Assembly (NCBI GenBank): GCA_043782525.1
Contig: JAYWAJ010000452.1
Coordinates: 1-57,192, forward strand
Direction of reading: 5' to 3'
DNA length: 57,192 nucleotides
Origin: Deltaproteobacteria bacterium
GTDB lineage: Bacteria > Myxococcota > Myxococcia > Myxococcales > 40CM-4-68-19
The notes under the pieces were generated by a model, which was given only the letters and a program-made list of their open reading frames with translations, was not told the DNA's origin and made no database searches. The position numbers and the translations under genes were made by a program. Each line of letters starts with the position of its first letter. The stretch's first letter is position 1. Shown here piece after piece: positions 9,801-16,496 of this stretch.

Positions 9801-10556
9801 GTGCCCTTCCGGATCGCGCTCCCGCTCCTGCTCGCCTCCTTCGCCGCCGCGGCCCAGGATCGCTTCGAGATCCAGGTCTACGACACCGAGGTGGCCGAGG
9901 CGGGCCGCATCGGGATCGAGCTGCACACCAACTACGTCTTCCGGGGCAGCCGGTCGTCCTCGCCGGAAGGCGAGCTGCCCACCGAGCACGTGCTGCACGC
10001 GACGCTCGAGCCGCACCTGGGCGTCTTCGGCTGGGGCGAGCTGGGCGGATATCTCCAGTCCGCGCTGCGGCCCGACGGCTCCTTCGCTTACGCCGGAGTG
10101 AAGCTGCGCTTCAAGGCGAAGTGGCCCGCGAAGTTCTTCGGCGACCGCCTCGGGCTGGCGATCAACTTCGAGGTGTCGCGCGTTCCCGCCGCCTACGAGC
10201 CCAACGTCTGGGGCACCGAGGTCCGCCCCGTCCTCGATCTGCGCGTCGGGCGCATCTACGGCTCCGTCAACCCCATCATCGCCATCGATCTGCAGGGGCC
10301 GCAGGCGGGCCGGCCGCAGCTCGAGCCGGCCTTCAAGCTGGCCGTCTTCGCGCTCCCCTCGCTGTCGTTCGGGGGCGAGTACTACGCCGCCTTCGGTCCC
10401 TTCGACGGGCTCTTGCCCGCCGCGCAGCAGAACCACCGCCTCTACGGCGCCGTCGACTTCGCCGGCAGCCTCTTCGATGTCAACCTCGGCGTCGGCCGCG
10501 GCTTCGGGAGCGCCGAGCCCTGGGTGGCGAAGGCGATCCTCGGCTTCCACCCGTAG
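9801..10556 (+). CDS. Hypothetical secreted / outer-membrane beta-barrel-like protein
   Basis: Signal peptide MPFRIALPLLLASFAAAAQD, alternating amphipathic beta pattern, aromatic-rich C-terminus. Confidence 0.6.
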   Translation: MPFRIALPLLLASFAAAAQDRFEIQVYDTEVAEAGRIGIELHTNYVFRGSRSSSPEGELPTEHVLHATLEPHLGVFGWGELGGYLQSALRPDGSFAYAGVKLRFKAKWPAKFFGDRLGLAINFEVSRVPAAYEPNVWGTEVRPVLDLRVGRIYGSVNPIIAIDLQGPQAGRPQLEPAFKLAVFALPSLSFGGEYYAAFGPFDGLLPAAQQNHRLYGAVDFAGSLFDVNLGVGRGFGSAEPWVAKAILGFHP

Positions 10557-10621
10557 GCAGGGCACATCCCCAGAGCGGACCGGGCGCCCTCGCGTTAACC
10601 TCCTGAAAAAGGAGCCCACCA

Positions 10622-11062
10622 ATGAACCCGACCGCCGCGACCTGGGTGCTGGTCGCCGACGCCAAAGGCGCCCGCATCTTCAACTTCACCGAACCGAACG
10701 GCGACTGGAAGCTCCAGGACACCATCAAGGGCGACGGCAGCAGCCACCCCGACCAGACCAACGACTTCGGGACCAAGGCCTCGGAGCACAAGGGCGCGCT
10801 GCACGGCCACGGCGAGAACAATCCCAAGGAGACGCAGGAGCGGCGCTTCGCTCACACGCTCGCCCACGTGCTGGAGCGAGGGCTCGTCAACAAGGCCTTC
10901 AGCCGCCTGGTGCTGGTGGCGCCGCCCAAGCTGCTCGGCGACCTGCGCGAGAACCTCAGCCGCGGACTCCAGGGTGCGGTGGTCTCCGAGGTGCACAAGG
11001 ACTACACGCACAACGGCGTCGCCGAGCTGATGACCCTGCTGCGGCCCGGGTTGCATTCCTGA
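10622..11062 (+). CDS. Host-attachment-protein family protein (PF10116-like)
   Basis: 'WVLVADAKGARIF' N-terminus and 'LVLVAPPKLLGDLRENL...V.KDY' core, typical of this family. AAGGAG RBS. Confidence 0.7.
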   Translation: MNPTAATWVLVADAKGARIFNFTEPNGDWKLQDTIKGDGSSHPDQTNDFGTKASEHKGALHGHGENNPKETQERRFAHTLAHVLERGLVNKAFSRLVLVAPPKLLGDLRENLSRGLQGAVVSEVHKDYTHNGVAELMTLLRPGLHS

Positions 11063-11099
11063 CCGCCATCTGACCCTTTCCAGGAATGGAGAAATTCCT

Positions 11100-11396
11100 A
11101 TGACCTTGCATTCCCTCTTTGCGGCGTCGTTCGGCATCCTCCTGGCGGCAGGCTGCGCCCACGCGCCGGGCGACCGGGCCGCGCTGAAGGAGACGAGGCC
11201 GCCGACGGCGGTCGTCACCGGGTCGCGCCTTGCCCAGCGCGTGGATGCGTCGTCCGGCGTCCCCGCGACGATCGGGCCGGCCCGGATCTACACCCGGCAA
11301 CAGCTCGCCGAGACGGGTCGCCCGTACGACATCGCCGCGGCGCTGCGCGAGCTGGATCCGTCGATCACGGTCGGCGGGCAGTCGACCAAGAAGTAG
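11100..11396 (+). CDS. Small lipoprotein, unknown function
   Basis: Lipobox 'LLAAGC' after a hydrophobic N-terminus; 98 aa. Confidence 0.55.
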   Translation: MTLHSLFAASFGILLAAGCAHAPGDRAALKETRPPTAVVTGSRLAQRVDASSGVPATIGPARIYTRQQLAETGRPYDIAAALRELDPSITVGGQSTKK

Positions 11397-11419
11397 CCGC
11401 CAAGCTCTCGCGAGGCGTA

Positions 11420-11445
11420 CGCCGGGCGGTGCGATCCGCCCGGCG
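11420..11445. terminator. GC-rich hairpin between convergent genes
   Basis: 10-bp stem cgccgggcgg/ccgcccggcg with loop tgcgat. Confidence 0.5.
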
Positions 11446-11457
11446 CGCAGCTTCCTG

Positions 11458-13269
11458 CTAAGGCACGTTGATGGTCGTCTTCGAAGGACTGGCGGCGCCG
11501 ACTATCGTGAACGCGCCCGCCCCCGTTGCCCCTGCCAGGACCCGGCCATTGAGCGTCGAGCCGTTGTTGACGGTCGCCGTCCGGCCCGCGAGGATGTTTC
11601 CATTCCAGGTGGTCCCGGATCCGATGGTGATGTCGAGCCCGGCCACGAAATAGATGTTCTTGGCCTGGGCTCCATTGAGCAGCTTGATCGAGGTCGGAAG
11701 CAGCAGGGTGCCCGAGTCGACCAGCGTGCTGTCCACCTTGAAGATGAAGACCGCGTTCTGGTCGTTTTGCGCGTCCATGGTGGCGAATCCATTGGCGGCC
11801 AATCCAAGGTTGGCATTGTGATAGACGCCGGGGGTGAAGACCTTGCCGCTCATCTCGTCTCCGACCACCGCGCCATTGGTATCCGCCTTGTTCTTGCCCT
11901 CGTTCCAGGCAATCACCAGGTCATTGGTGACGGAATTGGCAGTTCCGCCATTGTCGAACGGATCGCCGGCGAAGAAGATGGAGCCATTGACGGTCAACCC
12001 GGTGGGGCTCGAGTAGGTCTTTTTCAGGCAGGTCTGGGAGGCGCCCGCGTTGCCGGTGGAGTCGGTGCACGACGCCAGCGAATAGAGCGCGACGTTTCCA
12101 TTCACCACCGTGACGCCGGTCGAGGTCAATCCATCGTGCGAGGCCAGCCCGAAGCTGGCGATGCCGCGCAGGTTGATGGGCTGCGTGCACAAGGTCGAGC
12201 TGGTGCCGAAGGTGAAGATCTTGTCGGCCGCCAGCGGATTGCCGCCCGCGTCCTTGACGCCGGTAGAGACCTTGGCGCTGTAGTTGGTGCCTCCGCTCAG
12301 CGGGTTCGAAGGGGAGAAGGTGGCGATCTTGTTCTGCCCATCATAGGAGACGGTTCCATTGACCGGGGTATTGGCCGCGCCGGAGGTGAGCGTGAAGTTG
12401 GCGGGAGTGACCGTGAGCGGATCCATCAGCTTGTCGAAGGTGGCGCTGATGGTCAGCGGGATGCAGAGGTTGGTCGCGCCATTGAGGGGATTGGTCGAAA
12501 TGACCTGCGGCGCGAGGGCGGGGCCGGCGGTGGTGGTGAAGCTCCAGACGTAGTTGGCCGCCAGCGCGTTGCCGGCCGTGTCCTTGGCGCCGGTGGTCAC
12601 GGTGGCGGTGTACTTGGTGCTGGGGGCGAGGTTGGAGGTGGGCGTGAAGGTCGCCACCAGCGCGGCCAGGTTGATGCTCACGGCGCCGGGCACCGCGACC
12701 GCGGGCGTTCCCGTCGTCAGCGTATAGGTGGTCGAGGTGAGGGTGGTCGGGTCCATCGCCTTGCTGAAGGTGGCACTCACTTTCTGGGCAACGGGGACGT
12801 TGACGGCGAGGTTGACCGGATCGGTCGCGGTCACCGTCGGCGGCGTGGTGTCGGCGGTGGTGCCGGTGGTGAAGCTCCAGGTGTAATCCGCCGCCAGCGC
12901 ATTGCCCGAGGCATCCTTGACCCCGGCCTTGATGGTCGCGGTGTAGAGCGTACTGACGGCGAGGTTGGCCGCCGGCGCGAAGCTGGCGGTGGCGCCCACC
13001 GTCGTCACGGCTCCGGCGACGGCGGTGGTCCCCTGCGAGACGAGGAAGGTCGTCGCGTTCAGGGTGGTGGCGTCCATCGCCGTGCTGAAGAGCGCGCTCA
13101 CCTTGCTGTTGATGAAGACGCCGGTGGCGGCGCTGGCCGGGATGGTCGAGGTGACCGTCGGCGCGTTGGGATTGGGAGGCGGCGCGCCGCCGAATTCGAC
13201 CAGCTGCTGTCCGCAGCCGGCCAGCGACGCGAGCAGCACGATCATCAGGGACTTCTGCCGCGTCTTCAT
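11458..13269 (-). CDS. Lipoprotein with 3 tandem Ig-like (SbsA/Big_5-type) domains and a C-terminal DUF3494 ice-binding-like beta-solenoid domain (paralogue a)
   Basis: Lipobox 'LASLAGC'. Three units of about 100 aa follow the pattern '...SATFSKAMDP.TLT..TF.L..G...V.G.V......ATF.P...L...T.Y.A.V..G.KD..GN.LAA...W.FTT'. The C-terminus has DUF3494 hallmarks ('GVTVVNGNVAL', 'FTPGVYH', 'DAQNDQNAVFIFKV', 'LNGAQAKNIYF', 'NGRVLA'). ATGA overlap with the upstream OmpA-like gene. Confidence 0.85.
   Translation of the reverse strand: MKTRQKSLMIVLLASLAGCGQQLVEFGGAPPPNPNAPTVTSTIPASAATGVFINSKVSALFSTAMDATTLNATTFLVSQGTTAVAGAVTTVGATASFAPAANLAVSTLYTATIKAGVKDASGNALAADYTWSFTTGTTADTTPPTVTATDPVNLAVNVPVAQKVSATFSKAMDPTTLTSTTYTLTTGTPAVAVPGAVSINLAALVATFTPTSNLAPSTKYTATVTTGAKDTAGNALAANYVWSFTTTAGPALAPQVISTNPLNGATNLCIPLTISATFDKLMDPLTVTPANFTLTSGAANTPVNGTVSYDGQNKIATFSPSNPLSGGTNYSAKVSTGVKDAGGNPLAADKIFTFGTSSTLCTQPINLRGIASFGLASHDGLTSTGVTVVNGNVALYSLASCTDSTGNAGASQTCLKKTYSSPTGLTVNGSIFFAGDPFDNGGTANSVTNDLVIAWNEGKNKADTNGAVVGDEMSGKVFTPGVYHNANLGLAANGFATMDAQNDQNAVFIFKVDSTLVDSGTLLLPTSIKLLNGAQAKNIYFVAGLDITIGSGTTWNGNILAGRTATVNNGSTLNGRVLAGATGAGAFTIVGAASPSKTTINVP
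12202..13161 (-). repeat. Three tandem Ig-like domain-encoding repeats inside paralogue a
   Basis: Roughly aa 37-136, 143-246 and 253-356 share the same motif order. Confidence 0.7.
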
Positions 13270-14357
13270 TGGGGGCTCTCTTCCTTCAAGATGATGAATG
13301 ACACGACGAAGTCGACCCGGCGGTTGGCTTCGCGGCCGGCGGCGGTCACGTTCGATTCGATGGGTCGCGAGGAGCCGAAGCCGGTGGCGAGGAGCCGGTC
13401 GCGCGCGACGCCGCGGGCGGCTAGGTAGTCGAGGACCGCCTGCGCCCGCTCCTGCGAGAGCGTCAGGTTGCGCGCGTCGCCGCCCTCGGAGGAGGAGTGG
13501 CCGTCGAGCTGGACCTTGAAGCCCGGGTTGTCGCGCAGCACCTTGGCGACCTGGTCGAGCACCGGGAAGGAGGAGGGCTCGAGGACGGCCTGGTCGTTGA
13601 GGAACTGGATCTTGTCCTTCAGCTCCAGCTTGCCCGGCTTGATGACCACCTTGTCGATGATGATCGCGGGGCAGGCGGGGCAGGTGGCCGCGGCGGCCAC
13701 GGTCTTTGCCGCCGGAGGAGCGGACTCGGCCGCGGGGGACGGCTTCACCAGGCGCGTCCCCATCTCGAGGCTGAGGCCGACGATGATGTTCTTCGAATCG
13801 TTGTTCTGGTAGCTGGTGCGGTTGCCCTGGAAGATCTGCAGGTAGCGGACAAAGGGTCCCAGCCACGCCGAGCGGCTCTCGCCGACCGGAAACGAGACAC
13901 CCGCGGCCAGCGCAAAGCCGGCGCGATCGAGCCCGCCGGTGCGCACGTACAGCAGGTCGCCGTCCACCCAGGGCTTGGCTCCCCAGAGCCCCTCGGGCGC
14001 GTGCGTCTTGCCGAGGCGCAGCGCTTCCGACTCGCGCGGCTTCTGGATGCGGACGCCGAGGCCCGGGGCCCAGGCGGTGCCGCCCTGGCCCGACTGCGCC
14101 GGCAAGCCGAGGAAGGTCAGGCCGGCCACGAAGCTGGCCCAGCCGTCTTCGGGTCCGACGATTCCTTTGACAGTTCCGGCCCCTCCCACCTTGAACCGGT
14201 CGGACTGCGGGGTGCTGAGGGGAAAGGCGAAGCCCGGCTCGATCTTGACCTCGAGGTCGGCGGCGCGCGCCGCCAGCGGGACTGCCAGGAAGACCGAGCC
14301 GAGGAGCTGCGCCGCGACGCGGGAGCTGCGGAGTCGTGGCAACGAGAGTCTGAACAT
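13266..14357 (-). CDS. OmpA-family protein (N-terminal barrel-like region plus C-terminal OmpA/peptidoglycan-binding domain)
   Basis: Signal 'MFRLSLPRLRSSRVAAQLLGSVFLAVPLAARA'. C-terminal 'F..D.AVLEPSSFPVLDQVAKVL...V.LDGHSSSEGGDARNLTLSQERAQAVLDYL...GFGSSRP......GREANRRVDF'. GGTGGAGA RBS. Confidence 0.88.
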   Translation of the reverse strand: MFRLSLPRLRSSRVAAQLLGSVFLAVPLAARAADLEVKIEPGFAFPLSTPQSDRFKVGGAGTVKGIVGPEDGWASFVAGLTFLGLPAQSGQGGTAWAPGLGVRIQKPRESEALRLGKTHAPEGLWGAKPWVDGDLLYVRTGGLDRAGFALAAGVSFPVGESRSAWLGPFVRYLQIFQGNRTSYQNNDSKNIIVGLSLEMGTRLVKPSPAAESAPPAAKTVAAAATCPACPAIIIDKVVIKPGKLELKDKIQFLNDQAVLEPSSFPVLDQVAKVLRDNPGFKVQLDGHSSSEGGDARNLTLSQERAQAVLDYLAARGVARDRLLATGFGSSRPIESNVTAAGREANRRVDFVVSFIILKEESPQ

Positions 14358-14410
14358 GGAGTCTCCACCTGTGGTCAAGCGGGCGGTGCGAGGGATTGCT
14401 TGCATACAGA

Positions 14411-14426
14411 GCATGACACGGGCCAA
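14411..14426 (-). promoter_or_regulatory. Sigma-54 (-24/-12) promoter candidate for the OmpA-like / Ig-DUF3494 operon
   Basis: The minus strand reads TGGCCCG-TGTC-ATGCT, against consensus TGGCACG-N4-TTGCW. GG-N10-GC spacing is correct. It lies about 55 nt upstream of the ATG at 14357. Confidence 0.6.
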
Positions 14427-14455
14427 GCGCTTTCGGGCACAATTCGGTTGTAACC

Positions 14456-14489
14456 CCGCAGGGCCAGCGCTTGGTGGCTGGCCCTGCGG
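14456..14489 (-). terminator. Perfect 13-bp stem hairpin downstream of the coiled-coil gene
   Basis: ccgcagggccagc / gctggccctgcgg with an 8-nt loop, 33 nt after the stop at 14522. Confidence 0.6.
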
Positions 14490-14506
14490 ACGTCCGCGAA
14501 CGTTCG
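14487..14506. promoter_or_regulatory. Two abutting palindromic decamers, CGGACGTCCG and CGAACGTTCG (candidate activator site)
   Basis: Both are perfect palindromes, 61-80 nt upstream of the -24 element at 14426. The same decamer family recurs at 14920, 16424, 16435 and 29321. Confidence 0.45.
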
Positions 14507-14521
14507 AGCGACACGCGCGCG

Positions 14522-14800
14522 TTATTTGAAATCTCCGTTCGCCGGCGGGTTGAGATCCTTCCATGCCAGCTCGACGCCAACCCTGAGCGCGGCCCAGGCC
14601 TGCTCCCCCGCGAGCTTGAGCTCGTCGAGGTGCTGGCAGGCGATCTCGTGCTGGTGCTGCGACGCTTCGACCTGCTTGTGGAACTCGATCCGTCCCTGGA
14701 GCTCGGCCTCTTCGAGCCTGGCCTTCATCGAGTCCAGACGTGCGCGCCAGGCGTTGAGCTGCGCCTCCATCTTCGCGACGTACAACTCCTTCTGCGACAT
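14522..14800 (-). CDS. Small coiled-coil protein (92 aa), unknown function
   Basis: Heptad-like 'YVAKMEAQLNAWRARLDSMKARLEEAELQGRIEFHKQVE...LDELKLAGEQAWAALRVGVELAWKDL'. GGGAGG RBS and its own -24/-12 promoter match. Confidence 0.7.
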   Translation of the reverse strand: MSQKELYVAKMEAQLNAWRARLDSMKARLEEAELQGRIEFHKQVEASQHQHEIACQHLDELKLAGEQAWAALRVGVELAWKDLNPPANGDFK

Positions 14801-14835
14801 CGAGCCTCCCGAAGCACTTGCCTGTCCGCCGCTTA

Positions 14836-14851
14836 CGCATTCGCCGTGCCA
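14836..14851 (-). promoter_or_regulatory. Sigma-54 (-24/-12) promoter candidate for the coiled-coil gene
   Basis: The minus strand reads TGGCACG-GCGA-ATGCG: a perfect -24 box and GC at -12 with correct spacing, about 36 nt upstream of the ATG at 14800. Confidence 0.65.
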
Positions 14852-14911
14852 CCCCCGGGACCGGCTTTCCGGGCAGAGAGGAGGATCGTGAGACCCTCCA
14901 CTCCGTCCGCG

Positions 14912-14945
14912 CGCGTCCAGCGGACGTTCGCACGCCAGCTGGACG
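14912..14945 (-). terminator. Hairpin downstream of DUF3494 paralogue b (its loop contains a CGGACGTTCG decamer)
   Basis: 9-bp stem gcgtccagc/gctggacgc with a 16-nt loop, 24 nt after the stop at 14969. Confidence 0.4.
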
Positions 14946-14968
14946 CACGCCGGTTGCCGGACCCGCCC

Positions 14969-16207
14969 TTAGTCGTCGTCGCCCTCGTGGTCGTCGCCCT
15001 CGTGGTCGTCGTCCTTGTCGCAGGCGTCGCCCGCCTTGTGCAGCTTGATGTTGCCGCCGGCCAGGTTGCCCGAGGCGCCGTAGGCGAAGGCCCCGTTGGC
15101 GCCGCTCACCCGCAGCGAGAACTTGTCGTTGCGGCCGGGCTCGCCGTTGTCGGTCACGTCCGCCTGCCAGGTAAATCCGTCGCGGCCGTTCAACTGCGCG
15201 TTGCCCGAGATGCGCCGCGTGGTGCTGTCGAGGACCAGGTACCCGGTGACGCTGGTGCTCTTCACTTCCGGACCGCCGCTTCTGTGGTCCTGGTAGGTGA
15301 GGTGGCCACGGAAGGCGCCGTGCCTGGTGCCGCCGGAGACGCCAAAGGTGCCCTTCGCTCCCGAGGGCGTGGTCTTGATCCACCCGCCGCCGGTGACGAA
15401 GTCCTTGCCGCGGCACGAGGGAGGAGGGTTGCCGCCGCCCAGCGCGCAGCTGGTGACGACGTCGCCGGTGATGGTGATGGCGGCCTTCGAGTAGGCGTCG
15501 CCGTTGAAGGTGCCGCGGGTGAGGGTGATGGCCTGGCCGGCGAGGACGGTCCCGACGAACTTGGAGTCGGTCAGGGTGACCGCCTCGGCGACCCACCAGT
15601 AGACGCTGCCGCAGGCGGGCGCCGTGCCGCTGCTGGTGACTACCGAGAAGTTGGTGCCGGTCAGGGCGCCGGTCCCGAGCGTTCCGACCTTGAAGATCCA
15701 GGTCCCGTTGGACGGCCCGTTCAGCGTCAGCACGCCGCCGGTCGAGGTGGCCGCGGCGTCGAAGCAGTAGATGCCGGGGGAGAGGGTGAGGCCGTCGAGC
15801 GTGGTCAAGGTCTGGCCGCAAGGCAGCGCCGCGAAGGCGGCGTAGGCGGTGAGGAAGTCGGTGTGGGCCTGCGCGGCGGTGGCATCGCCCGCGTCGATGG
15901 TGCCCGTCACGGGGCAGCTCGTCTGGGTGATGGTGTTGCCGGGAGAGACGCCGACGTTGCCGGCCACGGTGGCGTCGGTGCAGGTCACTGCCGTCGAGGC
16001 GAGGACGGCGAAGTTGGCCGCCGTGCCCAGCGACGGGACCGGGCTGCCGGAAGAGAGGGACGCGGGAAGAGCCGGCACCAGCGACGACTGCGCAGGCTCC
16101 ATTCCCCCGCAGGCAGCGACGGCGATCGCCAGCAGGGCGATCGAGCGGGGGATCGACGGGAGGCTCAGCGCAGACGGATAACCTGGTTGGGTATTGAACG
16201 AATTCAT
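14969..16207 (-). CDS. Lipoprotein with an N-terminal DUF3494 ice-binding-like domain and a C-terminal beta-rich domain with an acidic His/Asp tail (paralogue b)
   Basis: Lipobox 'AVAACG'. DUF3494 hallmarks 'LGTAANFAVLASTAVT', 'VAGNVGVSPG', 'AAQAHTDFLTAY', 'LSPGIYCF', 'LTLNGPSNGTWIFKVG', 'VYWWV', 'FVGTVLA'. C-terminal 'FVTGGGWI...DNGEPGRNDKF...GGNIKLH' and tail 'DKDDDHEGDDHEGDDD'. Confidence 0.85.
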   Translation of the reverse strand: MNSFNTQPGYPSALSLPSIPRSIALLAIAVAACGGMEPAQSSLVPALPASLSSGSPVPSLGTAANFAVLASTAVTCTDATVAGNVGVSPGNTITQTSCPVTGTIDAGDATAAQAHTDFLTAYAAFAALPCGQTLTTLDGLTLSPGIYCFDAAATSTGGVLTLNGPSNGTWIFKVGTLGTGALTGTNFSVVTSSGTAPACGSVYWWVAEAVTLTDSKFVGTVLAGQAITLTRGTFNGDAYSKAAITITGDVVTSCALGGGNPPPSCRGKDFVTGGGWIKTTPSGAKGTFGVSGGTRHGAFRGHLTYQDHRSGGPEVKSTSVTGYLVLDSTTRRISGNAQLNGRDGFTWQADVTDNGEPGRNDKFSLRVSGANGAFAYGASGNLAGGNIKLHKAGDACDKDDDHEGDDHEGDDD

Positions 16208-16258
16208 GATTGCCTCGGGGGGGAACCTGCGGAAGGCGGAAAAACAGGAGCGAACCCC

Positions 16259-16297
16259 TTGCCCGAGCGAGTCTCGCGAGGGAGGGACCGGCCCAAC
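16259..16297 (-). promoter_or_regulatory. Conserved upstream block shared with the upstream region of paralogue d (30869-30906)
   Basis: Plus strand TTGCCCGAGCGAGTCTCGCGAGGGAGGGACCGGCCCAAC versus TTGCCCGAGCGATTCTCGCAAGGGAGGACGGCCCCAAC. Both lie about 50-95 nt upstream of the respective start codon. Confidence 0.5.
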
Positions 16298-16423
16298 ATA
16301 GGGGCGCGATGGGCTCCGTCAAGGCGCCGCGCGCTCATTGACCGGCAAGTGCCGGCCGTTGCGGCCTATCTATTTTCATTGACCGCCCAACGCCGCGCGC
16401 CTGCCTCGAACCTCGCGTGATTT

Positions 16424-16444
16424 CGAACGTTCGCCGAACGTTCG
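16424..16444. promoter_or_regulatory. Tandem CGAACGTTCG palindromes (11-nt period) in the divergent region between paralogue b and the EBP gene
   Basis: 'tCGAACGTTCGcCGAACGTTCGc'. It lies 53-73 nt upstream of the EBP start and is followed by an AT-rich stretch with TATATT. Confidence 0.45.
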
Positions 16445-16496
16445 CTGTTGCGATGAGCCTACGAACTGGGTAAAAAACACCCTTAGTGTTTGTATA

